A DNA stretch of 64,000 bases from Gemmatimonadota bacterium (lineage in GTDB: Bacteria; Gemmatimonadota; Gemmatimonadetes; Palauibacterales; KS3-K002). Location: the NCBI GenBank assembly GCA_039586795.1, contig JBDHJS010000007.1:32001-96000 (forward strand). The letters are read 5' to 3'. The translations under genes were made by a program, and so were the position numbers. Every line of letters starts with the position of its first letter. Within the stretch, counting starts at the first letter, position 1. Below are positions 49,138 to 57,911 of this stretch, piece after piece. The notes under the pieces were generated by a model. The model made no database searches. It was not told the DNA's origin and saw nothing but the letters and a program-made list of their open reading frames with translations.

Positions 49138-49200
49138 AACCCAATCTCCGAATCTCGTAACCACCGAATCTCCGACCCCCCGAATCTACAACCCGCCCTC
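49138..49200. repeat. Degenerate about 8-mer array (CCGAATCT-like), right arm
   Basis: ccaatctccgaatctcgtaaccaccgaatctccgaccccccgaatct. Confidence 0.6.
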
Positions 49201-49267
49201 AACAATCCCTCAAACGAAACCCACTCCAACGCCGGACCGTAGGGCTAAAGGACAGTCCGAATATCGA

Positions 49268-49298
49268 TTCCAACCTTACGGCACCGAGCCATGTCTAA
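49268..49298 (+). promoter_or_regulatory. Candidate ECF sigma promoter
   Basis: TTCCAACC-N17-GTCT; TTCCAACCTT is shared with the site upstream of the sigma gene. Confidence 0.65.
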
Positions 49299-49374
49299 CG
49301 CAGTGGTAGTCCACCTACGCACGCCGCCCCTGCAGGCGCGGGGCCGGCATTCGTCCTTTTGCGGAGGCACAGTC

Positions 49375-50445
49375 ATGAAGGCATTACTGAGTGCCCTGCT
49401 GGCCGCGGGACTGGTAGCCCTGGCGGCGGAGCCGGTTTCGGCTCAGCAGGAGTGGTCGTTCGAGGGGGATCAGGTCCTGGTATCGAACCTGATCGGCAAT
49501 ATCACGGTCAGCGGGCATGACGGCTCGCGAATCGTCGTCCGCGTTCGCCCCGGCGGGGACGACTCCGATATCCTCGACTACCAGGTCAAAGAGGGCGGTC
49601 GAGCTGAATTCCACGTGGTATACCCCCTGGAGCAGGAGCTCGACTACAGCTATCCACGCCGCGGCGGCGGCAGCATGGAGACCCGTGTCGAGAGCTGGCG
49701 CAAGGCGAGCGGCTTCATGGAGGATCTCTACGGCGGGGTCTCGAGCCGCGACCGGATCCGGATCCGCGACGGCCGCGGTTCCGAGGCGTGGGCCGACCTC
49801 GAGGTTCTCGTCCCCAATGGCGTGAAGACGCACATCCGCCTCGCCGTCGGTGAACTGGAAGCCAAGAACGTGAACGGCGACATCTTCCTCGATACGTACA
49901 GCGGACCCGTTCGCGCTTCGAACATCACCGGAAATACTCTCATCGATACGGGCAGCGGCTCCGTGGTCGCCAGCATGATTCGAGGAGACCTCAATATCGA
50001 CACGGGATCGGGCCGTGTCGAAGCCGACGACGTCGAAGGCGATGAGATCCTAATCGACACGGGCAGCGGCAGAGTTACCCTGGAAAGGGCGAAAGGTCGC
50101 AGCGTAACCGTCGACACGGGCAGCGGTTCGGTCAGCGCCTCCGAGATCGATGCGGACGACACTCTCATCGATACCGGCTCAGGGTCTGTGACCCTCGACT
50201 TGGTACGTATGGGGAACGGCCGGCACGTGGTCGACACCGGCAGCGGCGGAGTGACTGTCTACCTGCCTTCAGACGCGTCTTGCCGAATCATCGCTGACAC
50301 CGGCAGCGGTGGAATCGAGCTGGATATACCCAACGCTACGCTCAGCAGGATGAGTCGCGATCACATCGAGCTTTCGGTTGGCGGAGGCGATGGCAGGCTC
50401 GAGATCGATACCGGTTCAGGTTCGATCAAGATTCGCACGCGCTAG
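49375..50445 (+). CDS. DUF4097 beta-strand repeat protein, exported
   Basis: GGAGG SD; signal VSA-Q; eight DTGSG repeats. Confidence 0.85.
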   Translation: MKALLSALLAAGLVALAAEPVSAQQEWSFEGDQVLVSNLIGNITVSGHDGSRIVVRVRPGGDDSDILDYQVKEGGRAEFHVVYPLEQELDYSYPRRGGGSMETRVESWRKASGFMEDLYGGVSSRDRIRIRDGRGSEAWADLEVLVPNGVKTHIRLAVGELEAKNVNGDIFLDTYSGPVRASNITGNTLIDTGSGSVVASMIRGDLNIDTGSGRVEADDVEGDEILIDTGSGRVTLERAKGRSVTVDTGSGSVSASEIDADDTLIDTGSGSVTLDLVRMGNGRHVVDTGSGGVTVYLPSDASCRIIADTGSGGIELDIPNATLSRMSRDHIELSVGGGDGRLEIDTGSGSIKIRTR

Positions 50446-50548
50446 TTCCTGAAGTCGGCCGCGCGGATATGTCCGCACCCAAAGGTCAGCTACTGACCGG
50501 GCGCCCGCCTGGGTGCGGACACCGCCGGCCAGTTCGTGCATTATCTCG

Positions 50549-50580
50549 AACGGTCCGCTACCTGGCGGGCCGTTGTTTTT
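50549..50580 (+). terminator. Intrinsic terminator
   Basis: AACGGTCCGC-tacctg-GCGGGCCGTT plus GTTTTT. Confidence 0.7.
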
Positions 50581-50637
50581 GCTGCGCCGTCGATCTACTC
50601 TCACCACCACACCTCGCTGATAACCGACGGAGACAAC

Positions 50638-51123
50638 ATGAGTCTGCCCAAGTCAGTCTTCACCGGTCTGACATTGACCCTGCTGGTCACCGCGTGCTCG
50701 CGCCAAACCGATCGCGCACAGACAACCCAGGCTGACATGGTGGCGGTTGCCCGTCTGATGGTCACACTGGATCGCGTAGTATCGGAGGAAGACCTTGACG
50801 GGTTCTTGGCCCTAGTTTCAGAGGATGCGGTCTACATGCTGCCCGACAAACCGGCCATCGTGGGAAAGCGAGCGATTGGCGAATTCTATCGCACGCTCTT
50901 CGCCGCGACCAACATCGAGATCGTACACCAAGTGCTGGAAATCGATGTTGCCGACGACCTGATCATCCATCGGGGGAACGCGACCGGCTCGACAACGCGA
51001 CGGACTGACGGCGAATCCGTCGACTTCGATGACAAGTATCTACTGGTCATCAAGCGGTCCGCGGATGGCTCGCTTCGTGTATGGCGTGCAATGATGAACG
51101 GAAACGCAGCCGCGACCCGTTGA
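50638..51123 (+). CDS. NTF2-like (DUF4440/SnoaL) lipoprotein
   Basis: GGAG SD; lipobox VTAC; EDAVYMLPD..AIVG, KYLLVIKRSADGSLRV. Confidence 0.78.
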   Translation: MSLPKSVFTGLTLTLLVTACSRQTDRAQTTQADMVAVARLMVTLDRVVSEEDLDGFLALVSEDAVYMLPDKPAIVGKRAIGEFYRTLFAATNIEIVHQVLEIDVADDLIIHRGNATGSTTRRTDGESVDFDDKYLLVIKRSADGSLRVWRAMMNGNAAATR

Positions 51124-51124
51124 C

Positions 51125-51892
51125 TTACGAAAGGTCCCCCTCATCCGCGAGAGGATCTCCGAGTATCCGCTTGTCCGGCGGCACCATCAGCTTCCATAGA
51201 CCAAGGCCGAGCAGCGCGTTCACGGCAGCGTGCGCAACGATCGCCGGCCACAGGCCAGCTCCCGCAATCACCGGAAGACAAAGCACGAATCCCATGGCGA
51301 ACGCGCGCACGGCTCCTGCTTGACCCTGGTATCCGTGCAACACGCCGAACGCCAGGTTCGCTATCACCGCGGCGTACCAGCCATTCTCCAACCAGCCGTT
51401 GAGTCCCGCCAGCAGAAAGCCGTGATACGTCAGCTCCTCGCCGAACCCAGCGCTCACCGACACACCCATGAACATCCTCAGGTCACGGCCGTCGCGTGGC
51501 ATCAGATGGTAGGTCAGGCGTGACTCGCGGAGGCCCAAACGCGCCGCCGTGCGACTGATCACGAAATTGCCAAACAAGGTGCCAAGAGTGATCGCGACGC
51601 TCCAACCCACAAAAGACACAAGGCTGGTAGAGTGCAATCCGATCGTGGAGAACGGTGCGCCTTCCAAAAGGAGCACCACAAAGGTCAATCCGGCGAGGAA
51701 CAGGATCCCGATGATGGCCGATGAGTAGAGGCTGGAACGTGGCGGAAGCCGCAAATCGCTATCGTCGGGCTGCAGAAGCGCGAGGAATGGTACGACGACC
51801 AGCAGAAAGAAGACGAAGATCCGCCCGGACCACCCGAAGGCCACGGCCGGTGCAGCATCCTGGAAGATTGAGGCGAGCATACTCACAAGCAT
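51125..51892 (-). CDS. CPBP family intramembrane protease
   Basis: AGFGEELTYHG, FGVLHGYQG, AHAAVN. Confidence 0.88.
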   Translation of the reverse strand: MLVSMLASIFQDAAPAVAFGWSGRIFVFFLLVVVPFLALLQPDDSDLRLPPRSSLYSSAIIGILFLAGLTFVVLLLEGAPFSTIGLHSTSLVSFVGWSVAITLGTLFGNFVISRTAARLGLRESRLTYHLMPRDGRDLRMFMGVSVSAGFGEELTYHGFLLAGLNGWLENGWYAAVIANLAFGVLHGYQGQAGAVRAFAMGFVLCLPVIAGAGLWPAIVAHAAVNALLGLGLWKLMVPPDKRILGDPLADEGDLS

Positions 51893-51979
51893 GCTCCGCT
51901 CACCTCACACTTGCCTCTGCCCGGTATTTCGGTCAGCATGGTCATATCTAGGCGTCCTTCACCACATTCACCTTCCACC

Positions 51980-52702
51980 ATGGCTAACAAGATCGAGCAT
52001 ACGGCCTCACACCTCAAGCGGCGATTGAAAGAGCTGGCCAGCCCCGAGCGGCGCCGCTCGACGGAACGCTTCTTCAAGGAGCCCGTCCGTTGCTTGGGAG
52101 TGTCCACACCCGACGTCCGCCGGCTATCAGGCGAGGCGGCGAAGGAATACCGCGGCGCGAAACTGGAGTTCCAGGCGATACTAAACTTCGCCGATCGCCT
52201 TTGGCGCGGCGGAATTCTCGAGGAGCGTGTCCTGGCCGTTGTTCTCCTGGCGCGGTTCAAGCACAGCTTCACCCGCGATCACTGGGACCACCTGGATTCA
52301 TGGGTCGATGGATTGACCAACTGGGGTGAGACCGACGGGCTGTGCTGCGAAGTACTCGCACCGTTGATCGTCCACGATCCTTCACTGGCTCGCCGCCTTC
52401 TCGCCTGGACCCACGCTCCCGGACGGTGGCGGCGACGAGCCGCGGCCGTCGCTCTCGTCAAAGCTGCCCGGGCAGGAGACCACCACGACCTCGCGTTCCA
52501 GATCTGCGACAGCATGGCGGAAGATCGGGATGACATGGTCGAGAAAGGTGTGGGTTGGCTCTTGAAGGAGATGTCACGCACCGAGCCCAACCGCGTCGCG
52601 GAGTACCTGCTCGCCAACATCAGCCGGCTCTCCCGAACGACCGTCCGTTACGCGTGCGAGAAGCTGCCTTCAGACCTGCGACAGACGGTGATGTCGGCTT
52701 GA
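51980..52702 (+). CDS. DNA alkylation repair protein (AlkD-like HEAT repeat)
   Basis: LGVSTPDVR, NWGETD, WRRRAA, VEKGVGWLLKE, RYACEKL. Confidence 0.85.
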   Translation: MANKIEHTASHLKRRLKELASPERRRSTERFFKEPVRCLGVSTPDVRRLSGEAAKEYRGAKLEFQAILNFADRLWRGGILEERVLAVVLLARFKHSFTRDHWDHLDSWVDGLTNWGETDGLCCEVLAPLIVHDPSLARRLLAWTHAPGRWRRRAAAVALVKAARAGDHHDLAFQICDSMAEDRDDMVEKGVGWLLKEMSRTEPNRVAEYLLANISRLSRTTVRYACEKLPSDLRQTVMSA

Positions 52703-52728
52703 CTCAAGTACTCGTTTCGAGCGCGGCC

Positions 52729-53697
52729 TCAAGCTCTGTGGCGTACGATCAAGTCTGACAGAACCTGCGCTTCCACGTTTCCACCGCTGACCACGACGGC
52801 AACGTTTTCGCCGCGCCCCGAGAACTTACCAGAGAGCAACGCGGCAATGCCCACGGCTCCGCCGCCCTCGACCAGACACCGGTGCTCGACGGCCGAGAAC
52901 GCCATCGCCTCACGGATCTCATCTTCATCGACGAGCAAATACTCGTCCACCAGCTCGTCGACCATGCGGTACGTGTAGCGGTTATCGAGACCGATTCCAC
53001 CGGCCAGCGCATTGGCTATCGTGTCTTCTTCGGGAAAGCTGATGGGCTTCCCCGCCAGCAGACTCTCGTGCATGACGCGCGCGTTCTTAGCCGAAACGCC
53101 AACCACTCGCATCATCGGCTCTTCCCGCTTCACCGCCAACGTGATCCCGGCAATCAATCCACCGCCGGATAGCGGGACAACGATGGTATCGAGCAGCCGG
53201 TTCTGCTCGAGGATTTCGAGACCAATCGTGCCCTGGCCCGCAATGACGTCCAGGTCATCGAAGGGATGGACAAAGACAAGGTTGCGCTCACGTTCGATTT
53301 CTCGAGACCGCGCCTCGGCTTCGTCGTAAGTACCACCGAACAGGACAGTTTCGGCCCGATGCCGGCGGATCGCCTCGAGTTTAGTGGGATCCACCCACTC
53401 CGGGACACAGACAACGGCGTGTATGTCCAACAGATCCGCCACGTAGGCCACCGCGCGGCCGTGGTTTCCGCTTGAACAACACACGACACCGCGCTCTTTC
53501 TCCGCCTTGGAGAGAGAGAGGATCTTGTTGGCAGCGCCGCGAACCTTGAACGAGCCCGTGACCTGGAGGTTTTCCAGTTTCAGCCACACGTGGGCGCCGG
53601 TGCGTTCGTCTAGCTCGGGCGAAGAGATCATCGGCGTGTCGACCGCGATGCGCGCTATTCGTTCACGTGCGGCTTCGGTATCGATCTCCTTCATCAA
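52729..53697 (-). CDS. PLP-dependent threonine/serine dehydratase (EutB-like, no ACT domain)
   Basis: KLENLQVTGSFKVRGA, SSGNHG, LSGGGLIAG, GGIGLDNRYT, SGGN. Confidence 0.85.
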   Translation of the reverse strand: MMKEIDTEAARERIARIAVDTPMISSPELDERTGAHVWLKLENLQVTGSFKVRGAANKILSLSKAEKERGVVCCSSGNHGRAVAYVADLLDIHAVVCVPEWVDPTKLEAIRRHRAETVLFGGTYDEAEARSREIERERNLVFVHPFDDLDVIAGQGTIGLEILEQNRLLDTIVVPLSGGGLIAGITLAVKREEPMMRVVGVSAKNARVMHESLLAGKPISFPEEDTIANALAGGIGLDNRYTYRMVDELVDEYLLVDEDEIREAMAFSAVEHRCLVEGGGAVGIAALLSGKFSGRGENVAVVVSGGNVEAQVLSDLIVRHRA

Positions 53698-53775
53698 GTC
53701 TCCTTGGGTCCACTAAGTGGTCGCAGACGAAGAAGCATGGCCAGAAATCTACGGCGTTGCCGCATCCAAGGAAAT

Positions 53776-53880
53776 CTCACTCAGACTCTTCTTCCTCGGT
53801 TCGCGCTCTTGCTGACAGCGGGATCGTTCGATTACGATCACGATAAAGAGCACGAGCACGAGTAGGAGCAGGAGTAAAGA
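53776..53880. repeat. Degenerate hexamer arrays in opposite orientation
   Basis: cgatta cgatca cgataa agagca cgagca cgagta ggagca ggagta; pyrimidine-rich counterpart ctcact cagact...cgcgct cttgct to the left. Confidence 0.55.
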
Positions 53881-53913
53881 AAAGAGGGGGGCGTTGATAG
53901 CGCCCCCCCTTTT
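53876..53913 (-). terminator. Intrinsic (possibly bidirectional) terminator of the ECF operon
   Basis: GGGGGGCG-ttgatag-CGCCCCCC flanked by A-rich and T tracts. Confidence 0.8.
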
Positions 53914-53937
53914 GCACTAGCGGTGGTTTTTCGTTGA

Positions 53938-54735
53938 CTAGGACCGGCGGATTTGGATGCTGCCGTTGACTGTCTTCACGACGAGCTTCCGTCCCCCGGA
54001 ACCGATCGTCCCTTTAATGTTCCGCGGTGAAAAGCGGCCTTCCACCGTGAGCGGAAAGTCGATGTTCATCTGACCGTTGACGGTGGACAGGCTGACATCG
54101 CAGTCCAGGTCGTCAGGCATTTCCAATGTCACGCTGCCGTTCACTGTGGTGAAGTCGAGCGCGCCATCCCAGTCGGCCCTGCCCATCGACACTGTGATCG
54201 ATCCGTTCACCGTGGTCGCTTCGGCGAGCCCGCCGGCGTAAATATCGACGCTCCCGTTGACCGTGTACGCGAACACATCACCCTCGATGCCTCGCGCATC
54301 GACTTCGCCATTAATGTTGCGGCCGATGAAGTTGACGCCCGCCGGTACGCTGACACGGAACTCAACACTAACGTTGTAGTCTTCTTTGATGTTTGTCCGA
54401 CCCCGCGATCCCGGCTCGCACTCGTTGGGCCGATCTTCATCCTTGCTGGGATACACGGCGCAGATCGTCACACCTTTGTCGTGTTCCAGCACGACCATTT
54501 CGATCTCGCGAGGGTCGTCATTGTCCCTGCTACGCATGCGGACGCTGACCTGCACCTCGTTACCCGAGCCGGCCTCTGCCACGATCTCGCCGCTGACTCC
54601 TTTGATTTCGATCGCGTCACCACGATCGACGCGCCCGCTCCAATCCCAGTCGCGTGTTTGGGCTGCGCTGCTGGCGGGCGTCCAGACCGCGAGGATCACT
54701 GCCAGTCCTGCTGCGCCGAGCTTATACATTTCCAT
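53938..54735 (-). CDS. DUF4097 beta-strand repeat protein, exported
   Basis: Signal peptide; repeated TVNGS/INGE; VTICAVYP. Confidence 0.85.
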   Translation of the reverse strand: MEMYKLGAAGLAVILAVWTPASSAAQTRDWDWSGRVDRGDAIEIKGVSGEIVAEAGSGNEVQVSVRMRSRDNDDPREIEMVVLEHDKGVTICAVYPSKDEDRPNECEPGSRGRTNIKEDYNVSVEFRVSVPAGVNFIGRNINGEVDARGIEGDVFAYTVNGSVDIYAGGLAEATTVNGSITVSMGRADWDGALDFTTVNGSVTLEMPDDLDCDVSLSTVNGQMNIDFPLTVEGRFSPRNIKGTIGSGGRKLVVKTVNGSIQIRRS

Positions 54736-54764
54736 TTCCTCCGTTTACCTGCCCGCTTTCACAT

Positions 54765-55862
54765 CTATCGTCGTAGAAGTTGGATATCACCATCAAACGT
54801 ACTGAGCTCCAACCGCGCCCCACCGTTACCGAGAACGAAACTGAACTTCCGACTTGCCTGGGCGCCGTGAAGCTGGACCGGGAAGTCCGCTTCGAATTCG
54901 CCATCGAACGTAGCCACCGAGATATCGGCGTTCGCATTCGCCGGTATCTTCACAACCACATCGCCATCGTGCGTCGTCAGCTTGTAGCGGCCGTCATCGA
55001 GGATCGTGCCTTCGTAGTAGACTTCGCCGTCGACGGTCTTGGCCTCCACGCTTGCGGAGTTGACTCCCTCCAGGGTGATGTCTCCGTCAACAGACTCAAT
55101 GAATATCCGGCCATCGAAACCAAGAACATCGATGTCGCCGTCCATGCTGTTCGCTTCCAGGCTGCCAGTCGAGCGTTGTACCACGACGTCACCCTCTACC
55201 GACTTGAGAGACAGCTCGCCCCCGGCGTTCCGAATCTCGATCTCGCCTTCCAGGGTCTCGACCTGCACACCGCCCTGGACACCCTCAACCGAGATGTCCG
55301 TATAGAATCCCCACAGGTCAACGGCCATCCAGCTTGGGACCGTGACCTCGAAGTCGACGGACTCGGGGTGACCGTGCCGTGCTTCGGTCTTGATATTCAC
55401 CGTCGATCCTGACTGGTACACCTTGATCCGATCGTCGCTCGAATAGCTAGCCTCGATGCGAACCTGATCTCGACTCCAGGATCTGATGATGATCTCGCCC
55501 GCATGGTTACGCAGCTCGAGCCGGGCGCCACGACTGACATCCAGCGTGGTGTCCATATCCAGATCCTGGTAATCCCAGTCGTGGTCGTCGTAGTACCAAT
55601 CGACGTACTCAGGGATCTCGATCGTGAACGCCGGAATCTCCACATCGACATAAGGCAGGTACAATTCGAACCCATCATAGTAGAACTCGACGGCCGAGGC
55701 CGAGAATTCCACCATTGGGATCTCGATGTCGATGTTGTACTCCGGTATCTCGATATCGATCGCGGGTATCTGGATATCGTGGACTCGAACTTCCGTCCGC
55801 TCCTGGGGTTCCTGTGGAGCCGCGATCGCGACCGCTGCTCCTAGCAATAGCTTGGCAAACAT
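54765..55862 (-). CDS. DUF4097 beta-strand repeat protein with acidic N-terminal repeats
   Basis: Signal peptide; IEIPEY repeats; SVEGD/SMDGD/TVDGE/TFDGD repeats. Confidence 0.82.
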   Translation of the reverse strand: MFAKLLLGAAVAIAAPQEPQERTEVRVHDIQIPAIDIEIPEYNIDIEIPMVEFSASAVEFYYDGFELYLPYVDVEIPAFTIEIPEYVDWYYDDHDWDYQDLDMDTTLDVSRGARLELRNHAGEIIIRSWSRDQVRIEASYSSDDRIKVYQSGSTVNIKTEARHGHPESVDFEVTVPSWMAVDLWGFYTDISVEGVQGGVQVETLEGEIEIRNAGGELSLKSVEGDVVVQRSTGSLEANSMDGDIDVLGFDGRIFIESVDGDITLEGVNSASVEAKTVDGEVYYEGTILDDGRYKLTTHDGDVVVKIPANANADISVATFDGEFEADFPVQLHGAQASRKFSFVLGNGGARLELSTFDGDIQLLRR

Positions 55863-55884
55863 CGCTCTTCCTCGTCCTGCGGGT

Positions 55885-56601
55885 TTAGCTGACCGCTCCA
55901 GCCATCTGAACTGCTTGTCTCAAGAACTCCAACTTCTGCCTCTTCGTCACAGCCAGATGCTCATGCAAGTATATGCTACCCGGGTCCTGGGTGAGCGCTT
56001 GTTGCGCCTGCGCGATGGCCCGGTCGATGATTCTCAGATTCTCCTCGATCACTCTTACCGTTGCTGTATCGAGACGATCTCGACTCTCCAATAGTACGCG
56101 ATCCAACTCAGCAACCGCGGCTTCATAAGGAGTCGCAACGAAGCTTGCTGCGCCCGATATATCCTGCGTGGGAGCTTCAATGACCACGGTTTCCTGCTCG
56201 GGTCCTGTCGCTCGGACCGCCAGCCAGGCGCTCCCACCGGAAAGCACCATCAGCGCGACGCTCGCCGCCGCCAGCTGCGGGACCGAGAACGTGAACCGCC
56301 GCTCTTTGAGTCCGGCGTGTTTCCGCTGCCGGTATTCATCGAGTCCCGTCACGTCCTCGTCCTCGGGCGTCGCGCCTATCCGCCCCGCGATGCCAGGCCA
56401 CAGGTTGGAGGCCGGCGAACGATCCGTCAGCGAACCTGCACGATCAACCACGCGCCGCAGCTGTTCCAGCGTCTCGGAGCACTCCTGGCACTCAGCCAGG
56501 TGCGCCTCGAACTCGTGACGCTCTTCAGCGGTCAGCTCGCCGTCCAAGTACTCTGACAGTCTGTCGATCCACCGATCGTTCATCTCAATCAACTCCATCA
56601 C
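55885..56601 (-). CDS. Zinc-finger (zf-HC2) transmembrane anti-sigma factor
   Basis: LSEYLDGEL...HLAECQEC; TM LAAASVALMVLSGG; helical C-terminal domain. Confidence 0.9.
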   Translation of the reverse strand: MMELIEMNDRWIDRLSEYLDGELTAEERHEFEAHLAECQECSETLEQLRRVVDRAGSLTDRSPASNLWPGIAGRIGATPEDEDVTGLDEYRQRKHAGLKERRFTFSVPQLAAASVALMVLSGGSAWLAVRATGPEQETVVIEAPTQDISGAASFVATPYEAAVAELDRVLLESRDRLDTATVRVIEENLRIIDRAIAQAQQALTQDPGSIYLHEHLAVTKRQKLEFLRQAVQMAGAVS

Positions 56602-57161
56602 CGATCTAAATGCTCGCGAAGTATCATCCGGGCTCTGTGCAGCTGGGACTTCGATGTCCCCGTACTAATGCCCAGCATCTTCGCTATCTCGTCGTGCTTG
56701 TATCCCTCAACATCGTGCAAAACGAACACCTCTTGCGCTCCGTCCGGGAGCATCCCCATCGCAGCCTCGAAATCGATCGCCGTCTCTGGCCCCTTCGGTC
56801 GCTCCGAGAGCAAATCCAGCACCTTCTCTCCATCCACGAATCGCTCTCTCGATATCCCCAGCTTCTTCCGCCTCCCCAGAATCACGTTTATCGCCAACCT
56901 ATGAAGCCAGGTCCCGAACGCCGCCTCCCCACGAAAACTGCCCAACTTCTCCCAGGCTCTCACGAAGACGTCCTGGGTCACCTCATCCGCCAGATCCGGC
57001 CCGATCATCCGGCGGGCCAAGCTGTGGATTCTGGCCACATGCTTGTTGTAGAGGTTTTCAAATGCCCGCGTATCTCCAGCGGCGGCGAGCGCCGCATCGT
57101 CGGCGTCTGCAGGCCGTAAGTCCCTGTCGTGCTTCAGGTTAGCAACTCTCCAGGGCCCCAG
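56598..57161 (-). CDS. ECF RNA polymerase sigma factor (probable CTG start)
   Basis: AAAGDTRAFENLY, VTQDVFVRAW, FGTWLHRLAIN, HDVEGYKHDEIA, SKSQLHRAR; 5' end inferred. Confidence 0.9.
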   Translation of the reverse strand: MGPWRVANLKHDRDLRPADADDAALAAAGDTRAFENLYNKHVARIHSLARRMIGPDLADEVTQDVFVRAWEKLGSFRGEAAFGTWLHRLAINVILGRRKKLGISRERFVDGEKVLDLLSERPKGPETAIDFEAAMGMLPDGAQEVFVLHDVEGYKHDEIAKMLGISTGTSKSQLHRARMILREHLDR

Positions 57162-57181
57162 ACGCCCCTCCTTTCACCCAC

Positions 57182-57212
57182 TGAGATACCCCGGGGGGCA
57201 GGAAGGTTGGAA
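57182..57212 (-). promoter_or_regulatory. Candidate autoregulatory ECF promoter
   Basis: Minus strand TTCCAACC-N17-ATCT just upstream of AAGGAGG. Confidence 0.65.
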
Positions 57213-57246
57213 CCCATCGTTACCCTGCGGCTACGGACCGGCGACG

Positions 57247-57684
57247 TCACGCCGCGCCTTCCAGGGCGCCTGGCCGGCTGACAAAGAGGAGAGCGAGTGC
57301 GGCGCCCGCGCCCAGCGCCATGAGAGTGGTGTTGGCGGTGAGCCAGCCGACAACGATGGCCAGCAATCCGCCGCTCTCGGCGATGGCCCAAGAGACCACG
57401 GCCTTGGGCTGATTTGCCTTCCACCACTGATCGAGATCCGTACCAGAAGGCGGGACAGGAATACGACCGCGCACCCCGTAGGAAGCGACCAAAGATGCCG
57501 CCAATCCGACATAGGCGACCCACTTGAGTATACCGGCCACCTGGCCCGAAAGATCAGTGCTTCCGCCGGTTCGCAAAAAGAGGAACACGCCGAACAGGGT
57601 AGCGATCCCGACACTGATCGCGGCGTGGATGATGCGCACTGTCTTCGCGGCGCTCAGCGTGCTGGAAGGGTTTTGCTCGGTCAT
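57247..57684 (-). CDS. Hypothetical 4-TM membrane protein
   Basis: GGAG SD before MTEQN; four hydrophobic segments; WAIAESGGL. Confidence 0.7.
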   Translation of the reverse strand: MTEQNPSSTLSAAKTVRIIHAAISVGIATLFGVFLFLRTGGSTDLSGQVAGILKWVAYVGLAASLVASYGVRGRIPVPPSGTDLDQWWKANQPKAVVSWAIAESGGLLAIVVGWLTANTTLMALGAGAALALLFVSRPGALEGAA

Positions 57685-57754
57685 GGAATCTCCAAGTCTC
57701 TGGGATATCGGCGCCGGCGCACCATTATCAACGAACAATCTTAGAATTCCAAGA

Positions 57755-57844
57755 CCTAATCACAATCCTCAACACCCCGCCCCTCAACACCGAGGTCCTT
57801 TTCACTTGGGTATTGAGAGCTAGGTGTTGAGGATTGTCATTAGG
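57755..57844. repeat. Long inverted repeat (MITE/REP-like)
   Basis: CCTAATCACAATCCTCAACACC vs GGTGTTGAGGATTGTCATTAGG: 22 bp with one mismatch. Confidence 0.8.
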
Positions 57845-57911
57845 GACCAATAATCGAACATTGGACATGGACAACCGGTCCACGAGCGGACACCGTAGCG
57901 AGGACTTCGCC

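Noticed and set aside
48935..49229. ORFs 48935-49135 (+) and 49047-49229 (-)
   Set aside because: They run through repeat arrays and the pseudogene remnant; no convincing product.
49940..50420. Regularly spaced GA[CT]AC[CG]GGCAGCGG repeats that resemble a CRISPR array
   Set aside because: They encode the DTGSG protein repeats, vary at wobble positions, and no cas genes are present.
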